DNA of 64,000 bases from Candidatus Sumerlaeia bacterium (lineage in GTDB: Bacteria > Sumerlaeota > Sumerlaeia > MVZB01). A model generated the notes under the pieces. That model did not search any database. It saw nothing but the letters and a program-made list of their open reading frames with translations, and was not told where the DNA came from. Below are positions 28,768 to 38,188 of the stretch, piece after piece (within the stretch, counting starts at the first letter, position 1; each line of letters starts with the position of its first letter). The translations under genes and the position numbers were made by a program. The stretch is from contig CAUZJO010000001.1 of assembly GCA_963580245.1 (NCBI GenBank), forward strand, positions 67,564-131,563. Direction: 5' to 3'.

Positions 28768-30726
28768 TCAATCCAAAGCCCTGACCATCAGCTCCGCGAT
28801 ACGTCGGCTAAACGCGCTGGGATCGGCCAGTTTGCCGTCTTCGGAAAGCACCGCCTGGCCGTGCAAGAGCTCGGCGTATTCGGCGAGTCGCGGGTCTTGG
28901 GGGTCTTTTTCAAACAATGATGACAGTTTCTCGACGATGGGATGGTTAGGGTTGAGTTCCAGGATGCGTTTGACTTCCGGCACGTCCTGGCCCATTGATT
29001 TCAGGATCTGTTCGAGCTGCGGCGTGAGGTCGGCCTGTTCACCGACGAGGCACGCCGGCGAGGTCGTCAGTCGGCTGGAGAGCCGGACCTCCTTGACGTG
29101 CTTCTCAAGCTTGCCCTTGATGGCCTCGAGCAGCGATTGATACGTCTGCTCCTGCTCCTTGCGTTCCTCCTCGGCTTTTTTCTTCTCTTCCTCGTCGCCC
29201 AGTTCGATCTCGCCCTTGCCGACCGACTTGAACGGCTTATCCTTGTGTTCGAAGACCCCGCCGGTCCAGATCTCGTCGATCGGGTCGCTCAGCAGCAGGA
29301 CCTCGTAGCCCTTGTCGCGAAACGCCTCGAGGTGAGGTGAGTTCTCGATCGCCCCGCGCGACTGACCCGTCATGTAATAGACCGCGTCCTGCCCGTCCTT
29401 CATCCGGCCCACGTAATCCTGCAACGTGCTCAGCCCCCCGTCGACCTGCGTGGACTCGAACAGGCACAGATCGAGCAGCGCCTCGCGGTTGCGTTCATCA
29501 TGAATGATGCCTTCCTTGATCACGCGGCCGAACTGGCGCCAGAATTTCTCGAACGACTCGGCCTCGTCCGCCTGCATCCTGCGCAGCGTATCGAGGACCT
29601 TGCGCACCAGGCTGTTGCGGATCAGACGGATCTGGCGGTTCTGTTGCAGGATCTCGCGCGAGATGTTGAGCGAGAGGTCTTCGGAATCGACGACGCCGCG
29701 GATGAACCGGAAGTACTCGGGGATCAGCTCCTTGCAATCGTGCATGATGAAGACGCGCTTGATATAGAGTTGTATCCCGTGGTCGCCGTCGGGCATCAGG
29801 ATATTGATCGGCGCCTGGGACGGGATATAGAGCAGCGCGCGGAACTCGTGGGTCCCCTCGGCCTTTATGCTGAACCACTTGAGCGGGTCGGTCCAGTCGT
29901 GGCTGATGTGTTTGTAGAATTCCTTGAATTCCTCTTCCTTGACCTCGCTCTCGGGCCGGGTCCAGATCGCCTTCATCGAGTTGAGTGTTTGGTCCTCGAC
30001 GACGGTCCGCTCCTGGGCGCCTTCCTTGGGTTTACCTTCCTCGTCGCGTTCAATCTCGCTACGCTCAACCTGCATGCGGATGGGATACGAGACGAAGTCG
30101 GAATACTTTTTGACGGTTTGCCGAATGACCCATTCCTGCGTGAAGTCCTCGACCCCCTCTTCCTCGCTGACCGGTTTGAGGTGAAGCGTGACGGTGACGC
30201 CCTGGGCGGACCGTTCGGCTTCCTCCATCGTGTAGCGGCCGTCACCGTGCGATTCCCACTTCCAGGCCTGCTCTTCGCCGGCGCGGCGGGTGACGAGCGT
30301 CACGCGGTCGGCCACCATGAAGCTGGAATAGAAGCCGACGCCAAATTGTCCGATGAGTTCGGTCGGCACGTCGCTCTTCTTGGTTTGCTTGACCAGCTCG
30401 AGGAAATCGGCGGTCCCCGACTTGGCGATCGTTCCGATAAAACGGATGATCTCGTCGTGATTCATCCCGATCCCGTTGTCGCTGACCGAGAGCGTGCGCT
30501 TGTCCCCGTCCACTTCGATGTGGATATGGGCGTCTTCGGTCAGGTTGCCCAGCTTCTCACTGGTCAGGGCCTCGAAGCGCAGTTTGTCGAGGGCGTCGGA
30601 GGCGTTCGAGATCAGCTCGCGCAGGAATATCTCCTTGTGCGAGTATACTGAATGAATCATCAGATCCAAAAGCTGCTTGGCCTCGGTCTGGAATTCATGG
30701 GTTTCGATCGTGGCGGTCATCGTCAA
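28768..30726 (-). CDS. htpG: Molecular chaperone HtpG (Hsp90).
   Basis: The N-terminal ATPase motifs are FLRELISNASDALDKLRF and GQFGVGFYSSFMVADRV. The length is 652 aa, with GGAGGAG as Shine-Dalgarno. Confidence 0.92.
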   Translation of the reverse strand: MTMTATIETHEFQTEAKQLLDLMIHSVYSHKEIFLRELISNASDALDKLRFEALTSEKLGNLTEDAHIHIEVDGDKRTLSVSDNGIGMNHDEIIRFIGTIAKSGTADFLELVKQTKKSDVPTELIGQFGVGFYSSFMVADRVTLVTRRAGEEQAWKWESHGDGRYTMEEAERSAQGVTVTLHLKPVSEEEGVEDFTQEWVIRQTVKKYSDFVSYPIRMQVERSEIERDEEGKPKEGAQERTVVEDQTLNSMKAIWTRPESEVKEEEFKEFYKHISHDWTDPLKWFSIKAEGTHEFRALLYIPSQAPINILMPDGDHGIQLYIKRVFIMHDCKELIPEYFRFIRGVVDSEDLSLNISREILQQNRQIRLIRNSLVRKVLDTLRRMQADEAESFEKFWRQFGRVIKEGIIHDERNREALLDLCLFESTQVDGGLSTLQDYVGRMKDGQDAVYYMTGQSRGAIENSPHLEAFRDKGYEVLLLSDPIDEIWTGGVFEHKDKPFKSVGKGEIELGDEEEKKKAEEERKEQEQTYQSLLEAIKGKLEKHVKEVRLSSRLTTSPACLVGEQADLTPQLEQILKSMGQDVPEVKRILELNPNHPIVEKLSSLFEKDPQDPRLAEYAELLHGQAVLSEDGKLADPSAFSRRIAELMVRALD

Positions 30727-30889
30727 GGGTCTCCTCCAATGGCGGTCGTCGCATCAATTACTGGCGTTCTCTGGCGGGTGGCGGAGCAATCTTATCGTTT
30801 GACCGCCACCTACAGTAACAGAACTATTACCACGACCAGCGTTGGGAATCACCTGGTTTTTGTAGATTCTTTCGTATCAATAGGACGCG

Positions 30890-31035
30890 GATGACGCGGA
30901 TTTTACGGATTCACACCGATCAGAGAATAATTAAAACTTGTTTATATATTGCCTTAATCCGTGAAAATCTGTCAAATCCGTATCATCTGTGTTCCATAAT
31001 TCGCGAGAATCCGTTGAATCCGCGTCATCCGCGTT
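30890..31035. promoter_or_regulatory. AT-rich (40% GC) module in the htpG promoter region. It is bounded by 15-bp inverted repeats and carries multiple CGGATT/AATCCG half-sites. It is either a candidate heat-shock operator or a MITE-like insertion.
   Basis: ggatgacgcggattc at 30889-30903 and gaatccgcgtcatcc at 31021-31035 are perfect reverse complements. Inside, CGGATT occurs twice on the left and AATCCG four times on the right. GC is 40%, against ~63% for the window. Confidence 0.5.
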
Positions 31036-31040
31036 CCATA

Positions 31041-31310
31041 TCAAAAGCTCGACGAGATCGTTCTTTCATATTCGGGAAAGTATCTGTTGATCAGCGGCAG
31101 GTCGAAACGCGACAGAATCATCGTATTGCTCTCACGTTCGAGCAGGAACTCGAACGACCGCTTGATCAGTTCCGCCTCCGATGCCTTGCCACCCGTCAGC
31201 TTTTGATAATAGGCCGGATCAAGCGTCACCGTGTGCGTCGTGGTCGACTTGTCTTCAACGGTCACGTGATATGAATCCGCGCCTTTCTCTTCAACGAGTA
31301 TGTTCGCCAT
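31041..31310 (-). CDS. Small hypothetical protein of 89 aa, divergent from the carbohydrate cluster and co-directional with htpG.
   Basis: The ATG has a GGGAGG Shine-Dalgarno 10 nt upstream. The composition is coding-like (MANILVEEKGADSYHVTVEDKSTTTHTVTLDPAYYQKL…). Confidence 0.5.
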   Translation of the reverse strand: MANILVEEKGADSYHVTVEDKSTTTHTVTLDPAYYQKLTGGKASEAELIKRSFEFLLERESNTMILSRFDLPLINRYFPEYERTISSSF

Positions 31311-31527
31311 AGGTGTCCGCCTCCCATTTGTCCGGCATTCGGAAAACCATGGGTTAATAATACACCCCGGGCCTTAATGTCAAGCCTTCATGACCGCATC
31401 GGCCCATTCGGGTATGATGCAGTTTTGGGAGTCAACGCAATTTGAGGATTACTTGTTTGACACCGTGCCGGTAAGGGATTAGTCTGGGAGCTGGAGATTA
31501 AAGTACGCGCTGTATCGGAGCGACTGA

Positions 31528-33144
31528 TTGGCTCGGAGCGGACATATGGGATATTTCAGTTTACGCCGGCAATCCCTCAGCGGGAATGTTGTGCCGCTTC
31601 TTCTGTTTCTATGTGGCGGATTGCTCTCTGGTTTATGCGCTGGTGAGCCGCCCCGTCAATCCAGATATCTCCTGCTCGATTCACGGATCGTTGAGAAGAC
31701 CGAAAACGTCAAACTCACCGTCGGCACCGTCGGCAAGCACCCCGCCAATCCCCTGTTCGGTGAAGATAACCCATGGGAGCCTCGGTTGGACAACTTGTAT
31801 GGGACGATCATGTACGACGAAGAGGACGGCCTGTATAAACTTTGGTATAACCCCTTTGTGCTCGACGGCGCGATGACCCGCACGCCCCCCGATCGACGCC
31901 TGCCCGAAACGGATCCTCCCGGCGATCCCAGCGACCCCGAGAGCCTGACCACCTATATGAAGATGCATTCTCCGGCGAGGGCTCAGCTAGGCAATGATTC
32001 CGAGGAAACCATCGCAAGTTGGTACGGCATGCAACGCGTGAGCGGCGTTTGTTACGCGACTTCCACGGACGGAATCCATTGGGAGAAACCCCTGATGGAC
32101 CTTGTCACGTTTCAGGGCCGCAAGAGCAACATCGTTTTCTGGGGGGCGCACGGACCGGGCGTGTTATACGATCCGCTCGAGCGCGACCCGGCCCGGCGTT
32201 ACAAGATGTTTTTCAGCTATCATTTTCGCGAGCCGGTGCTCCCCGGCAGCCCAAAACTGGACTCCTATCCGTTCATGTCGGTTGCGTTCTCGCCCGATGG
32301 CTTGCGTTGGGGAGAGCCGATCGCGGTTCCGGAACTCCGCGTCGCGGGCGACACCCACAGCAATACCTTCTGGGCGCCTGAATTGAACAAATACGTGGGG
32401 ATTACGCGTCATTGGGAAGACGGCCGGGTCCATCGCGAAAGCCAACGGCTCGTCTACCGCACCGAGACCGCGGACTTCATAAATTGGAGCGAAGCCGAGG
32501 AAGTCCTGCGCGGCACGAAATCCGATCAGGTCTACGCGATGCCCGTTTTCCGACACGCCGGCGTCTATCTTGGGTTTGCCACGATCCTGCGAGTGCGCGA
32601 AGACCGTTCGCACTGTGAATTGGCCTGGAGCCCCGATACGATCCATTGGGAGCGCATCGATCCGGGGACGCCGCTGATTCCGAACGGGGGCGAGGTCGGA
32701 GACTACGATTGGGGATGCGTCTTCGCGTGCGATAACCCCGTGTTCCTCGACGACGAAATACGTCTTTTCTATGAAGGTTCGAATGGGATCCACGGGGGAT
32801 GGCGTAATTCGTTTCTCTGCCTGGCGAGCCTGCGGCCCGATGGGTTCGCGGGCTACGAGCCGTCATCGGATGAGACGAACGGGAACGTGTGGACGCAGCC
32901 CGTTATCTGTCAAGGGGCGAACCTGCGCGTCTCCGCGGACGCGGCCGGCGGGGCCCTCAGGGTCGGCATCGTCGGTGACGCGGACCGGTCAATCGAACGT
33001 TGCAAGCCGATCCAGGGCGATGTGAGCGACACCGTCGTTCAATGGAGCGATGCCGGTAACCTTGCGCCATACCACGGCGGGCCGATTCAACTCCAGTTCG
33101 AGTTGGACGGCGCCAAGCTCTATTCTTTCAGCTTTGCGGATTGA
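31528..33144 (+). CDS. Secreted glycoside-hydrolase-like five-bladed beta-propeller protein (GH43/GH32/GH130 superfamily; exact family not resolved).
   Basis: A signal peptide is present. There are repeated propeller-blade signatures with conserved Asp/Trp (…STDGIHWEKP…, …FSPDGLRWGEP…, …WSPDTIHWERI…, …FYEGSNGIHGGW…). Confidence 0.4.
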   Translation: MARSGHMGYFSLRRQSLSGNVVPLLLFLCGGLLSGLCAGEPPRQSRYLLLDSRIVEKTENVKLTVGTVGKHPANPLFGEDNPWEPRLDNLYGTIMYDEEDGLYKLWYNPFVLDGAMTRTPPDRRLPETDPPGDPSDPESLTTYMKMHSPARAQLGNDSEETIASWYGMQRVSGVCYATSTDGIHWEKPLMDLVTFQGRKSNIVFWGAHGPGVLYDPLERDPARRYKMFFSYHFREPVLPGSPKLDSYPFMSVAFSPDGLRWGEPIAVPELRVAGDTHSNTFWAPELNKYVGITRHWEDGRVHRESQRLVYRTETADFINWSEAEEVLRGTKSDQVYAMPVFRHAGVYLGFATILRVREDRSHCELAWSPDTIHWERIDPGTPLIPNGGEVGDYDWGCVFACDNPVFLDDEIRLFYEGSNGIHGGWRNSFLCLASLRPDGFAGYEPSSDETNGNVWTQPVICQGANLRVSADAAGGALRVGIVGDADRSIERCKPIQGDVSDTVVQWSDAGNLAPYHGGPIQLQFELDGAKLYSFSFAD

Positions 33145-33220
33145 GCATTCCAGGGGTCCGGGACGAATCTGCTTCGACGGGCCAATATATCTAAAGAGGG
33201 AAGCCGGTCTAAGGCGTGTG

Positions 33221-34456
33221 ATGGGCGTCATCGGAGACACTCAGGGTCTTGGCGTAAGACATCCGCGGGATTGGCCGCGCGAGGCGAAAGCATCGGAAAA
33301 GGACACGGGCGTTCCCGTTTCGTTCGAGGAATTGGAACGCAAGGCCCGCGAGAAGCTGCCGCCGGAAATCTATGACTTCGTGGCCGGCGGGGCGGGCGGC
33401 GAGGAGACGATGCGGGCCAATCGTCAGGCCTTTCAGCGCCGGTGGTTGGTGCCGCGCATGTTGCGTGACGTCTCCCGATGCAGGACGGACATTGAACTGC
33501 TGGGTGCCCGACATCCCGCGCCGGTTTTGCTGGGGCCGGTGGGGTGCTTGGCCCTTGTGAACCCGGAGGGAGAGGTGGCGGTTGCGCGAGCGGCGGCTTC
33601 GGCCGGGCTCACTTATGTGTTGAGTAACGCCTCGAGCCACGGCATCGAAGCGGTGGCCGAAGCCATGGGAGACGCCCCTCGCTGGTTCCAGCTTTACGTC
33701 AGTCCGGACCACAAACTGAACTCAAGTTTTCTCAAACGGGCCCAGTCCGCGGGCTATCGCGCCGTCATGGTGACGGTCGACACCAAACGCCTGGGCTGGC
33801 GGGAACGGCTCATCAAGCGGGGCTACAACCCGCAACGCGTGGGTCATGGGATGGGGGTTTACCTGAGCGATCCGCATTTTCGCGGGCTCATTCCGGAGTC
33901 CGCCAAGGAGGATCACCAGACCGTCTTCGATACCTTCGCCCGGGTGGCGATCAATGACGCGCTGACGATCGAAGATGTTCGCCGCCTGCGGGATCAGACG
34001 CCCTTGCCGATCCTGCTCAAGGGCATTCTGCACCCCGAAGAGGCGGCCGAGGCGGTCGAGCACGGCGTCAGTGGCATCGTTGTCTCCAACCACGGGGGCC
34101 GGCAACTGGAAGGCGCCATCAGCGCCCTGGACGCCCTGCCGGGGATTGTCAAGGCCGTGGCCGGTCGCGCGGCGGTGTTGCTCGATGGCGGCGTGCGCCG
34201 CGCCCCGGACGCGCTCAAAGCCATCGCGCTCGGCGCCGACGCCGTCATGCTCGCTCGGCCCTACGTCTATGGGCTGGCGTTGGCGGGAGAGCGTGGCGTG
34301 GGGCAGGTCCTACAGAATTTCCTCGCCGACTTCCACACGTCTTTGGCGCTGGTCGGCTGCGGCTCCGTTGAAGAGCTTGACGCCTCGTTTATTACCGAAG
34401 GCCCCTGGTATGGGGGCGGGGTTGGTCCGGCCGAGGTCGGCGGCGCATCCGAGTAA
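33221..34456 (+). CDS. FMN-dependent alpha-hydroxy-acid dehydrogenase/oxidase (L-lactate dehydrogenase LldD / glycolate oxidase family).
   Basis: Matches include EIYDFVAGGAGGEETMRAN, WFQLYV, MVTVDT and ILLKGIL…GIVVSNHGGRQL…LLDGGVRRAPDALKAIALGADAVMLARPY. The start is taken at the ATG at 33221. The ORF-track start at 33050 overlaps the upstream gene. Confidence 0.8.
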   Translation: MGVIGDTQGLGVRHPRDWPREAKASEKDTGVPVSFEELERKAREKLPPEIYDFVAGGAGGEETMRANRQAFQRRWLVPRMLRDVSRCRTDIELLGARHPAPVLLGPVGCLALVNPEGEVAVARAAASAGLTYVLSNASSHGIEAVAEAMGDAPRWFQLYVSPDHKLNSSFLKRAQSAGYRAVMVTVDTKRLGWRERLIKRGYNPQRVGHGMGVYLSDPHFRGLIPESAKEDHQTVFDTFARVAINDALTIEDVRRLRDQTPLPILLKGILHPEEAAEAVEHGVSGIVVSNHGGRQLEGAISALDALPGIVKAVAGRAAVLLDGGVRRAPDALKAIALGADAVMLARPYVYGLALAGERGVGQVLQNFLADFHTSLALVGCGSVEELDASFITEGPWYGGGVGPAEVGGASE

Positions 34457-34529
34457 ACGTCCGATACGGATTGGTCGGATACAGATTGGAACGGCGGCGC
34501 ATCGTCCTGCCAAGGGTCCGCGCCGTTGT

Positions 34530-36026
34530 TTACTGGGCGCCTCTCCCCGGCTTCATAACGATGATCCGATCCAGCTCCTCGCCGTCCTTCCTCACCTGCC
34601 GAATCTTCAACCGGTTTCCGTCTACCTCGACGTACGTAAACTGATGGACATCGGCGATGTACTTCGCCGTGTAGGGCTGCCAGGTTTCCGAATTGTCGGT
34701 TTGCTCGGGACTGTGGAGCTGCTGATTCCCGCCCCCGCCGGTAACGTAATAAATCACGCCTTCCGGGGTCGTGTCCGTCTTGCCGTCGAACTCGCGGTCG
34801 AGTGCGAAGCTTCCCGGGATTTCATGGCCTTGCTCCTTGACGGGACCGGTCGGCCTGGGATCGGCAGTGAATTTCAATGGATAGGTGCGCTGGTAGGCGT
34901 GGGTGTATCCGCAGAATACCACGTTAACGCCCCCCTCCTCGAACAGGTCGGCCACGATCCGCATTTTTTGCGTATGTGGAAACATGGTGGACGAATTGAA
35001 GGGTGGAAGGTAACAGGCGACGAACTTCCACGTGGCGTCCTTCGCCGCTTCCAGGTCTTGCCTGAGCCAATCCCGAAGCATCGGGTCGTTCCAATCGGCA
35101 TGGGGGTTCCATGAATCCAGCATCGTCCAGTGCGAATCGGCGTAATCGAAGGAATAGTTGGCCATGCGCGGGTATCGATCGCCGGTGGCGGTCAGGATGG
35201 CCTGCTCCCGCTCGGCCGTGCCGCCCAGGGGAAACGTGTTCGGTCCCCCAACTTGAAGCGCTGGGCCATTCAGGGGTTGGGACCAGTACATGTAATACGC
35301 GAATCCGTCGGGATGGGCGTCGAGGGGTTGACCGCTATCGTGTTGCCCCAAGCCCGCCAGAAACAACGTGGACCTTATCAGCGGCGCGCCGACGTCCGCG
35401 GAAGCTTGATCGGCGTTATAGATCGGGAAATACTTCTCGCGATACTCACTGATCCGGCCGTCGTTATAAATGATGTCGCCGGGGATGACCACGAAGTCCG
35501 GCTTCCATTGGTGGACTTGATGCGCGACTTCCTTCTGTTCGGGGCTGTTGACGCCGCAGTCCGCCATCACCACGCATTGAAACGGCCGGCCCGCGGGCTT
35601 GCGCGCCATTGCCTCGGCCGAAAAGACGATCTCCCCGTTTCGTGATACCCGATACTCGAAAAACCCGCCCGGCTTCAGACCCGTGAGCGACGCGCGATAG
35701 ACACGGTGAGGCGCAATCGACTCGACGGCAACGCGGCGCCAGGTGGGAGTTCCGCAGTCCGTCCATGCAACTCCATCGACCGGCCGCGATTGAACCGACC
35801 AGTCCGCGTCCGTGTCCTCGGCATGCCAAAGCAGCTCCAGGCTTTCGGCTCGGGCGAGTTTCGCGGCGTCGCCCAGTTGCAGGTATGGCTTCACAATAAA
35901 GGGAACCGGATCAGGTGATTCCGCATCCGGGGCCTGCGCCAAGGCGGACGGTCCCGTCACGCGCGCGCAACCGATGCAAAACGCAAACAGATACAGGAAC
36001 CGATTGACCGTCACGCGTGGAACCAT
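34530..36026 (-). CDS. Secreted metallophosphoesterase (calcineurin-like, purple-acid-phosphatase-like).
   Basis: A signal peptide is present. The phosphoesterase blocks are VVMADCG, IPGDIIYNDG, LAGLGQHD and FCGYTHAYQR. Confidence 0.6.
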   Translation of the reverse strand: MVPRVTVNRFLYLFAFCIGCARVTGPSALAQAPDAESPDPVPFIVKPYLQLGDAAKLARAESLELLWHAEDTDADWSVQSRPVDGVAWTDCGTPTWRRVAVESIAPHRVYRASLTGLKPGGFFEYRVSRNGEIVFSAEAMARKPAGRPFQCVVMADCGVNSPEQKEVAHQVHQWKPDFVVIPGDIIYNDGRISEYREKYFPIYNADQASADVGAPLIRSTLFLAGLGQHDSGQPLDAHPDGFAYYMYWSQPLNGPALQVGGPNTFPLGGTAEREQAILTATGDRYPRMANYSFDYADSHWTMLDSWNPHADWNDPMLRDWLRQDLEAAKDATWKFVACYLPPFNSSTMFPHTQKMRIVADLFEEGGVNVVFCGYTHAYQRTYPLKFTADPRPTGPVKEQGHEIPGSFALDREFDGKTDTTPEGVIYYVTGGGGNQQLHSPEQTDNSETWQPYTAKYIADVHQFTYVEVDGNRLKIRQVRKDGEELDRIIVMKPGRGAQ

Positions 36027-36050
36027 GATGGGACCTCAACTCATCGAGGA

Positions 36051-38108
36051 TTACTCGTTCTCATCCGACCAGATGGAATCAAGCCGCCAAACGTCCAGGC
36101 TTTTGACCGACGTGGTCCCGGCGTTCGAGAACACTTCAACGCCCAGGTCAGTCGGAGGCACGGAGATGGACTCGGTGTAAACGACCCAATCGTTGGCGAA
36201 AACTTCCAGGGAGTGCTTATCCAGAAAGACTTGAAGCCGCAGGGTTTGCTCGCCCTCCATCAATTTTGCTGGTGTCTTGTCGCCCGCCACCTCGAGGTAT
36301 TCGCCGTCGCAGGCGATTCGCACGAAACGGCTCCCGTCTTGCGAGCATCGCACTTTCAGACCGAACTCCTCGGCGCCGCCGGGTTCGAATTCAACTTTGA
36401 TTTCGAGCAAGTCGCCCTCGATGCCTATGACCCGCCGGGACTCATCGGTCAGCTTGATGTTCGATTGACCGACGTGCTCGCGGCGTAGTTTTTCGAGCTC
36501 CGGAACCGGCCGCTGCCCCAACCGACCGTCCGGCCGAAGCTCGAAGATGCGGGGAAGCGATAATCCGACCGGTCCAATGCCAAAACCAATCCGGCGGCCA
36601 TCTCCATCCTCCAAGGTTTCGCAAAAGATGAAGTGGCCCGTAAACTTGTGCATATCGCCCTGGGTCGGGTCATGATCGGCCACGCCCGCGTAGTCCAGAT
36701 AGTCCTGAAACTCCGGCGTAAATTTGTATTTGTCCCAGTCAAAGTTCCCCACGAAGTACTGGCTCGGACCGAAGGGCTCGGCGGCGACGACCCATTTGTC
36801 CCCAAGGGGAAACATGTCCGGTTCCTCCCAGCCCCTGGTCTCGGCGACGTACGGGACGCTCAGAAAATCCCAATGAATCAGATCCCACGAGCCGTACAGG
36901 GAGAAGCAACCCTTATACTCCTCGCCGAAAAACTGCCCGCCCCCAAGGATCATGTACCACCTGTTTTCATGCTTGAACAGCGCGCAATCGGTCCCGTGGG
37001 TCATGGGATTCTCCGGCGTATTCGTGATGACCGGATTCGTTTTGTACTTGCGCCACGTGACCCACTCCTGGTCGCCCACGGCCGCCATCTGATCCATCGC
37101 GCGTTCCGAACTGCGACTGGTATAGAAAATCCTCGGGACGCCGTCGTCGCCGACCGCGACCGCGCCGGACGCGCAGTAAAACTCGCCGTTCTCCTCCGAC
37201 GGCCAAATCGCCGGCGGCAAATCCTCCCAATAGACCAGGTCCTTCGAGCGCGCGTGCGCCCAGAAGTTATGGGAGAATATGTCCCTGCGGTCGCCGAATG
37301 GGTTGTAGATGTAGAACAGGTGATAATAACCGTCATGATAGTAGACGGTGTGACCGCCAAACCCGAACACGCGAGACTGGTAATGGTAACCGCGTCGCGG
37401 CGGCGCCTTTGCCTTGGCTCGCTTCACGTTTTCATCGGCTCGCCGGATGAGATCGGGACTGCTCAGAATGTCCGCGTTGGGTTGATCGCCTTGAAAGATC
37501 TGGTCGACGCAGATGAACCCGTCGGGGCCGGCGAAGTTATCCACGATCCGAATCCGCGCGGACTTGCCGCGCATCGATCGGACGTCCCACGACGCCCATT
37601 TCATCTCGACCCCGCCGTCGCTCGCGAGGCCGTCGCCCGTCTTCGTCCGTAAAACCACGTGGTCGCCGACCGCAAGCCGGTTATGGTGAGTGGTCAGCAA
37701 ATCGAAAGTATACGGAACGACGCCCGGGTCGACCAACAGATTGACGCATACCTCATCGCCCCAAAAGTCCACCGGCTTTTTCACCAGGCGGCCCCCGGGG
37801 TGATAGCCCCCGCCGACAAGAAAGTTGATGTAGTCCCGCTCGATCACGAACGAAGGCGACATCAGCACGCCCTTGGATGCTTCACCACCGTGAACGGAGT
37901 TCACGTACCCCATGCCCAAGAACCCTTCGACCGGTCTGAGGCCGGGGAGCGGGGTATTAACCGGGCCCGGCCCAAACGCGTCCCCCGACACCTGCCAATC
38001 TCCATAGTCATCGGCCTCGAATTGACCTATGAAGATTTCCTGCCCATTGCCAACGGCCGTCAAGAGCATAAACATCAAGAACCAGTAGATGCGCGGCTGT
38101 GTTTTCAA
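36051..38108 (-). CDS. Secreted GH32-fold protein, copy 1 of 3. It has an N-terminal ~200-aa extra domain, a five-bladed propeller and a GH32 C-terminal beta-sandwich. The catalytic nucleophile Asp is replaced by Gly.
   Basis: It aligns to GH32 as follows. WMNDPNG…YHLFYQYNP corresponds to FGFGGHTV…YHLFYIYNP, so there is no Asp. FRDP corresponds to GTDC, retaining the Asp. WECP corresponds to WEEP, retaining the Glu. The GH32C tail is …LEVFANDWVV…VWRLDSIW. The start is TTG with an AAAGAGG Shine-Dalgarno. Confidence 0.75.
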   Translation of the reverse strand: MKTQPRIYWFLMFMLLTAVGNGQEIFIGQFEADDYGDWQVSGDAFGPGPVNTPLPGLRPVEGFLGMGYVNSVHGGEASKGVLMSPSFVIERDYINFLVGGGYHPGGRLVKKPVDFWGDEVCVNLLVDPGVVPYTFDLLTTHHNRLAVGDHVVLRTKTGDGLASDGGVEMKWASWDVRSMRGKSARIRIVDNFAGPDGFICVDQIFQGDQPNADILSSPDLIRRADENVKRAKAKAPPRRGYHYQSRVFGFGGHTVYYHDGYYHLFYIYNPFGDRRDIFSHNFWAHARSKDLVYWEDLPPAIWPSEENGEFYCASGAVAVGDDGVPRIFYTSRSSERAMDQMAAVGDQEWVTWRKYKTNPVITNTPENPMTHGTDCALFKHENRWYMILGGGQFFGEEYKGCFSLYGSWDLIHWDFLSVPYVAETRGWEEPDMFPLGDKWVVAAEPFGPSQYFVGNFDWDKYKFTPEFQDYLDYAGVADHDPTQGDMHKFTGHFIFCETLEDGDGRRIGFGIGPVGLSLPRIFELRPDGRLGQRPVPELEKLRREHVGQSNIKLTDESRRVIGIEGDLLEIKVEFEPGGAEEFGLKVRCSQDGSRFVRIACDGEYLEVAGDKTPAKLMEGEQTLRLQVFLDKHSLEVFANDWVVYTESISVPPTDLGVEVFSNAGTTSVKSLDVWRLDSIWSDENE

Positions 38109-38188
38109 GGTCGCCTACCTCTTTCTAATAGGGTGTCATCCACGTTCGCGGAATGATCCGCCAACAAAACCGAAGGTTCTCCATCCCG

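Noticed and set aside
30891-31274. The 127-aa plus-strand ORF (MTRILRIHTDQRIIKT…) spanning the AT-rich htpG upstream element.
   Set aside because: It lies within the 40% GC repeat module and antisense to the better-supported small gene at 31041-31310. No Shine-Dalgarno and no motifs.
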